A stretch of DNA of 64,000 bases, taken from the NCBI GenBank assembly GCA_951406725.2, contig OX597838.1, forward strand, positions 15,624,001 through 15,688,000, in the 5' to 3' direction. Positions 56,241 to 64,000 of this stretch are shown one piece after another. The translations under genes and the position numbers were made by a program. Each line of letters opens with the position of its first letter. Within the stretch, counting starts at the first letter, position 1. Below the pieces are notes generated by a model that worked only from the letters and a program-made list of their open reading frames with translations, had not been told where the DNA came from and made no database searches. The DNA is from Octopus vulgaris. Taxonomy: Eukaryota.

Positions 56241-56591
56241 TATCTACTGTTGTTTACTTTCGTACGTCCACCTTATATTATTTTATTTGCTGGACCCCTG
56301 ATTCTACGCAAATCTTGCGGGTGCCGCCAATATACGAAGTTCCTTTTCTTATCGTTAAAGTCATGAAACTAGATAACTGATGAAGAATAAAGGTCCCGGT
56401 GTCTGTACTACGTGTACGTTTTGTAGTATTTCATGCATACCAAATCCACTCACAAGGCTTTGGTCGACCCCTATAGTGTCCAAGGTGCCACGCAGTGGGA
56501 CTGAACCCGGAACCATGTGGTTGAAAAGCAAGTTCTTACCACACAGCCATGCCTGCGCCTATTACACACACACACACATACACACACATAC

Positions 56592-56647
<56 letters not shown>

Positions 56648-57205
56648 TAGATGTTGGACCCGGCGTTGCTCATGTTTTCCGTGACCTTGTACTGACTTTG
56701 TACTGAAATCTTCTACGTTCCCTGTGCCAACTATTACCCATTAAGATGTTATATCTGGTTAAGCAGGTTTTTGCAAGATGAGTAGATATATGGCAAGCGA
56801 AGGAAAAATGTTCAGAGCAGGCGACGGAGTGGAGTTTTGCAGCAGACGATGACGTATTCAATGGTGCAGCCATATACTGACATCAACTCACTGCCATGAG
56901 CCTCGCTCACTCTCCGATTTTCATCAAAATCGGGCGAATAATGCAAAAGCTGCAGGAAAAATAACATCGTTATGGGAATTTCCATTCAAACGCCAGTTTG
57001 AGCTCATAAAAAATCGATGCCAACTTAGCATTATCGAGTTTTCGAAAAATTCCAGCCTTATTTGAACTTCAGGACATGTAATCTACCTATGTACCAAAAA
57101 TCATTAAAATCGTTTGGACAGTGGGAAAAGAGTTAGAGTAACCCCAAACACACACACAGACAGATACCATCACACATTTATGTATGTATATATATATATA
57201 TATAT

Positions 57206-58193
<988 letters not shown>

Positions 58194-58253
58194 ACACACA
58201 TACACACACATATGTATAAACATGCATATATGTGTATAAACACACATATATAG

Positions 58254-58299
<46 letters not shown>

Positions 58300-58846
58300 T
58301 GTATATATATATATGTGTGTGTATGTGTGTGTGTGTGTGTGTACATGTGTACTGGGGTTCACTATAATCTTTTAGTAGGGGTGCCAGTCACACAGAATGT
58401 GGTCGTTTGGAATTGAGGGGATCCAGTAAAAAGGTCACAGCAGGTGCTCAACCGCCTCCGCCACTCTCCACCTACACTCTGCTGCCCCTAAACCCATAAC
58501 CCCTAAATTCTATGCCCTACCCACATCCACATGGCGGTGTGAGTTACCACTACGCCTCCTTTTTCTCCACGTTTACCAAATTTTATCTCTTCCCTATCTC
58601 CACACACCAATACCCCGTACAACACACGCACACACGCACACATATGCATACACATGCATGCATTTGCACACACACATACACACATTGTGTGTATATATAT
58701 ATACATACTTGTATGTGCGTGTGTGAATTGTATATAAGTGTGTATGTGTGTATGTATGTGTGTATGTGTTTGTACATGAGTATATCTATTTGTATATCTA
58801 TATGTATATAATCGCATTCACATATACACGCACACATACATATATA

Positions 58847-59265
58847 CTCTTTTACTCTTTTACTTGTTTCAGTCATTTGACTGCGGCCATGCTGGAGCAC
58901 CGCCTTTAATCGAGCAACTCGACCCCAGGACTTATTCTTTTGTAAACCCAGTACTTATTCTATCGGATCTCTTTTGCCGAACGGCTAAGTAACGGGGACA
59001 TAAACACACCAGCATCGGTTGTCAAGCAATGCTAGGGGGACAAACACAGACACACAAACACACACACGCATATATATATATATATATATACATATATGCG
59101 ACGGGCTTCTTTTCAGTTTCCGTCTACCAAATCCACTCACAAGGCATTGGTCGGCCCGAGGCTATAGTAGAAGACACTTGCCCAAGATGTCACGCAGTGG
59201 GACTGAACCCGGAACCATGTGGTTGGCTAGCAAGCTACTTACCACACAGCCACACATGCGCCCTA
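58847..59265 (-). mobile_element. SINE family A copy
   Basis: Reverse complement of 48198-48598 at high identity. Confidence 0.9.
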
Positions 59266-61259
59266 TACATGAGTATATCTATTTATCAATCTGTATGTCT
59301 GTATATCTATATGTATATAAACGCATTCACATATACACGCCTACATACATATATGTATAAATAAATTCACGTATTAACAGGTACACACTCACACACATAC
59401 ATATACACATCGTTCTATTCTTTTCCTGGTCTCATTTTTTGGAGTGTGGCCATTCTGGTGCATCGTCTTCTAGGTGCTTTTTAGTCAATCATATCGACAT
59501 CTATAAATGTTTTTAAGCAAGCTACTTATTTTATCGGTCTTATTTGTCGGAAAGCCACGTCATCGTGATACAAACAATCCAACACCCGCTCTCGAGTGGT
59601 AAAAACACAAGATGCACATGGGCGTGTATGCACACACACACATATACATACATCCACATACACAGGTATACATACGCATACACACACATTCACATACATA
59701 CACACAAACACATACACTCATACATACATATGCACACACATACACACTATACACTTACACACAAACAAGCACACAAACACACACACACATACACATACAT
59801 CCACATACACAGGTATACATACACATACACACATTCACATACATACACACAAACACATACACTCATACACTTACATATGCATACACATACACACGTATAC
59901 ACTTACACACAAACAGGCTCACAAACACACACACATACACACACACATACATAAACATACACATGTGTAGACACACGTGTGCTTGCATTCAGTTTCTGTC
60001 CGTACATCAAATTAACTCACACAATATTAATCGCCCCAAAGTCATAGGGAAGATGCGTACCCAAGGTGTCGTGCAGTGGGACTGAACCCGAAACTACGTG
60101 GGAGCAAAGCGAACGTATTTGTCACATGTTGAGGGGATCCAGTAAGAAAGGTCACAGCAGGTGCTCGACCTCCTCTCTCAATCTCTGCCCGCTCTCTACT
60201 TGCCCCTAAACCATAACCCCTAAATTTCATTCCCTATCCACACCCACATATAGAGGCAAAGCGAACCTCTCTACCACACATATATATATGCATGCATATT
60301 AATGTGTGTGCGTGTGTGTATGCATGTGTGAGTGTGAATGTGTGCACCTGTATGTAGGTGCGTGGGTGTATGCATGTGGTGTATGTGTGTGTGTTAGTGT
60401 GGGTGGGTGCATGTGTATGTGTGCGTGTGAGCATGTATGTGTGTGTGGGGTGTATGCATGTGTATGTGACTGTGTGCATGTGTGAACGTGGGTGTGCGCA
60501 TGTGTGTGAGTGTGCGTATGTTCATGTGTTTGAGTGTGGATATGAGCCTGTGTGCGAGTGTAGGTGTACGCATGTGTGTGTGTGAGCGTGGATGTGTGCA
60601 TGAGTGTGTATGCATGCATATGAGCGTGAGTGTGAGCATGTGTGTGAGTATGGCTGTGTGCGTACGTTAGAGTGTGAATGCGGGTGTGAGCATGTGTGTA
60701 CCCCTTTTGTGTGAGTGTGAGTATGTACATAGGTGTGAGTGTGGGTATGTGCATGTGTGTGTATGAGTGTGGCTGTGTGTATGTGCGTGCGTGAGTGTGG
60801 GTACATGCGTGAGTGTGGGTACATGCGTGTGTGTGGGTACATGCGTGTGTGTACGTGTGTGTGTGTGTATGTACGTGTTGGGGGTGGGGAGTGGAGGAAC
60901 ATGTGTGTGTGTGTATAAGCTTAAATCACTCGCGTGCGAATGTGACCAAGTAACCTGTAGCACACTTTCACGCTAATTGCTTTAAGTGCCTGTGTATCCA
61001 TGAGCAGACGTAATCAGCCTCTTGGCCTGACTGGCATTGACCCCAGCGGAGCTCCGATGATGTGACAGCTGGAGGGGGAGAGCGGCATTTGCAATCAGTC
61101 GGTACTCATCTTCTGATGAATGGACTGGAGCAACATAAAAAAAAATTGATTAATTAAATAGATAAATAAATGCTTTCTCCTTTAGCCTCGGGCCGACCAA
61201 AGGTTTGTGAGTGGATTTGGTAGACAGAGCTGAAAGAAGCCCGTCCTATATATACATAC

Positions 61260-61315
<56 letters not shown>

Positions 61316-61833
61316 GTATGTATGTATATATTTATGTACTTGTGTTTGTCCCACCAGCATATCTTGACAACCGACGTTGATGTGTTTACGTCCCTGCAAC
61401 TTAGCAGCTCGGCAAAAGTGACTGAATAAGTAATAAGCATACACAGAATAAGTCCTGGGGTCGATTTGTTTGGCTAAAAATGGTGCACCAGCGTGGCCGC
61501 AGTCAAATGACTGAAACAAGTAAAAGAAATAAAGAAATATGCAATAAAATGCCTCACTCAAGGACACGCGAGGCCTCCATGTGAAGGTGGTTAACCCCTT
61601 ACCGTAAGATCATGAACTCGACAGCCTAACCACTAGGCTAAGGATCTTCAACTCCACACTGGTTGTCAACCGATGGAGACATAGACATCTCCTCCATACA
61701 CATATACGCACATACATTTATATATATATATATATATATATAATTTTAATCCAAACGGGAAACAAAAAAACAACAACAATGGAACAATTACAGTATTATT
61801 ATTAATAGGCGCTCAGGAAATGGAAGCAGGGAG

Positions 61834-61870
61834 GTATGACGTTTCGAGCGGAGCTCTTCGTCGGAAACAT
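61834..61870 (-). ncRNA. Minimal hammerhead-like motif in a PLE-type remnant
   Basis: Minus strand CCGACGA-A-GAGC-tcc-GCTC-GAAAC-GTC (U4>C variant of the CUGANGA core). Lies in a short insert between (TA)n tracts. Confidence 0.6.
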
Positions 61871-61956
61871 AAAGAAGGAAGAGAGAGGAAAGAAAGATCC
61901 CGGAGCGGGCAACGGAGATAGAGAAAAAAACGGCTGGTGTTAGGAGTAGCACATGG

Positions 61957-62034
<78 letters not shown>

Positions 62035-62685
62035 ATATATTACGAAGATGTATTTGCATAGAAAGTGACTTGATATGAGAATACACCGCAGTTACACCGC
62101 CGATAGTTGTTGTTGACACACAACGGTAGTAATTTTATTCAGTTGAATACACGTCATTGATTGGTTGAAATTACCGTAATACAACTACTTTAACGTGAAA
62201 TTACTTCGTAAATATAAGTTTTTCTAAAAAATGCTAAGAGTAAAAGATGTTTTATATGACACATTCTACCAGTGTCCGAAGTTTGAATGTGTTTACTTAC
62301 AAAAAATTATTTTTTAAATCTGTCGGTCAAAAGGTAAAGATCCCCGCACTCTAATGACTGAAACAAGTAAAAGATATAAGTTTTTTGAAATTCCACTTCT
62401 GTTATTCACTATTTTACAATTTCACAGTATCAAATATTACAATAAAGCTAGGTGGAATGTCCTTATTGTATGGGACCTACTTTCAGCTGAATGGCCAGTG
62501 CTGTATGCTCTACATAGTGCCTAGTTATGTATACATAGCAAGATCGAGAGAATGGAAGGAGAAGGATGTAAAGACTAAAAGAGAAATGAAAAAAAGAAAA
62601 GAAAAGAATGAATGAATGAATGAAAGGAAGAAGACAAGAAAGAAAACGTAAAAGGAGTGAACGAATGAAAGAAAGAAAGATAGAC

Positions 62686-62759
<74 letters not shown>

Positions 62760-62846
62760 CTAATGTAGGATAAAATTTTTTTCGAAAAAAAATTTTTTAT
62801 CAATGGCCAGCATATCAAAAAATACCATTAAAGATTAAAATTATAA

Positions 62847-62972
62847 ATAACTTATAAAATAAGGGCAAAAGAAAAATTCTAATGCCAAATATGCCGAAAA
62901 AAAGACAAAATTGTCAATAACCATTAATGGCATATTTGGCATTAGAATTTTTCTTTTGCCCTTATTTATAAG

Positions 62973-62976
<4 letters not shown>
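62847..62976. repeat. About 48-bp inverted repeat with a 33-nt loop between (TA)n tracts
   Basis: ATAACTTATAAAATAAGGGCAAAAGAAAAATTCTAATGCCAAATATGCC and its reverse complement, 1 indel. Confidence 0.9.
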
Positions 62977-63050
<74 letters not shown>

Positions 63051-64000
63051 GGAGAACAAATACAAAGAAACGCAGGAAGTTCCATGCGGTGATTCAGTCC
63101 GCTTAGTTTTATAAGCACCATGGGGAGGTACACTCCACCTTCATCTAAAATAAAGAATAATTTAAGAGAGTGGATGGGCGTTGTACAATTCACTGCAACC
63201 CCGAAGTGTTGGACGAATCGAGCAAAGTGTTGAGGAAAAGACACTGAGAATTGAATTGCAGTAGTGAGTTCGAATCTTTCGATGTTTGGGTGGCTTTAGT
63301 GGGGATTTAGTTAGGCTGTTGCGATAGGGCATTATATACGAGAAGTATCTTGTGGGATTCCAAATAGTATTAGGTTTAATAGTATATATAAACTTCAAAT
63401 TTTTGCTTAGGTGAACTTTACTTTTCATCTTTTAGAGGTCAATAAAATAAGTACTAGTTGAACATTGGGGTTGATTTAAACGACCTATTTCTTCCCCCTA
63501 ATTGCCGGTCTTGTGCCAAAACTTGAAAGCAATATATATAAAGTTCGAAGTCAAGTAAAATACTCGGGAATTACGGCGTGGGTGGTCACTAAGTTGTCTC
63601 TTTATCCGAGTTATGTGTGCGTGTGTGGAGAGTGGCTGAGAGCGGCGGCGAGTGGCGGAGAATGGCAGATTATACAGAGTAGGGTTTTAATACCTCCCAG
63701 GCCAGGGTATATAGATAGATACTTGGCTGACCCCGACGGGTAACAACTGGGTGCAAATCTTACGGTATCGAATGACAGTAGCCGCTTGTTGCTTAAAAGT
63801 AACCCCAACCACCCCGGTTTTGGTCACCAGGTCCACCTGAACCCGTCCATCTTAATGTGTTCAGCACAAATTTTTGGAGTTGTTGATGGTGGTGGCGCTT
63901 GGCGGGTTTGATTATAGATGGGTGGCTAAGACTCATTCAAATTTTTCGAACGCCTTTCAACGTGCTTTGTTGTTGTTCCTAATGTAGCAGCAACAGCAGC

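Overview
AT-rich, microsatellite- and SINE-dense animal genomic DNA. The repeat families point to an octopus or other coleoid cephalopod, which is an inference. The only well-supported protein-coding gene is a 4-exon, minus-strand clan-2 (CYP2-like) cytochrome P450: join 41075-40565, 12716-12195, 8578-8135, 7263-7079, about 553 aa, with a 27.8-kb first intron. Nearly all other listed ORFs are translations of microsatellites or SINEs. The rest is tRNA-derived SINEs of at least 3 families, Tc1/mariner, hAT and TTAA-type MITEs, Helentron-like elements and Penelope-like (PLE) remnants. The most striking feature is at 57206-57792: a young, highly structured 360-nt unit carrying an intact type I hammerhead ribozyme, with a 24-nt terminal redundancy and a 204-bp inverted arm, inserted in (TA)n. 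This resembles a retrozyme or PLE pseudo-LTR. More minimal or degenerate hammerhead cores and fold-back palindromes are scattered through the window. Inside CYP intron 1 there is a CpG-rich, quasi-palindromic 32-bp minisatellite and a candidate antisense signal-peptide exon. Intron 3 appears to hold a decayed duplicate of the last exon and 3'UTR.
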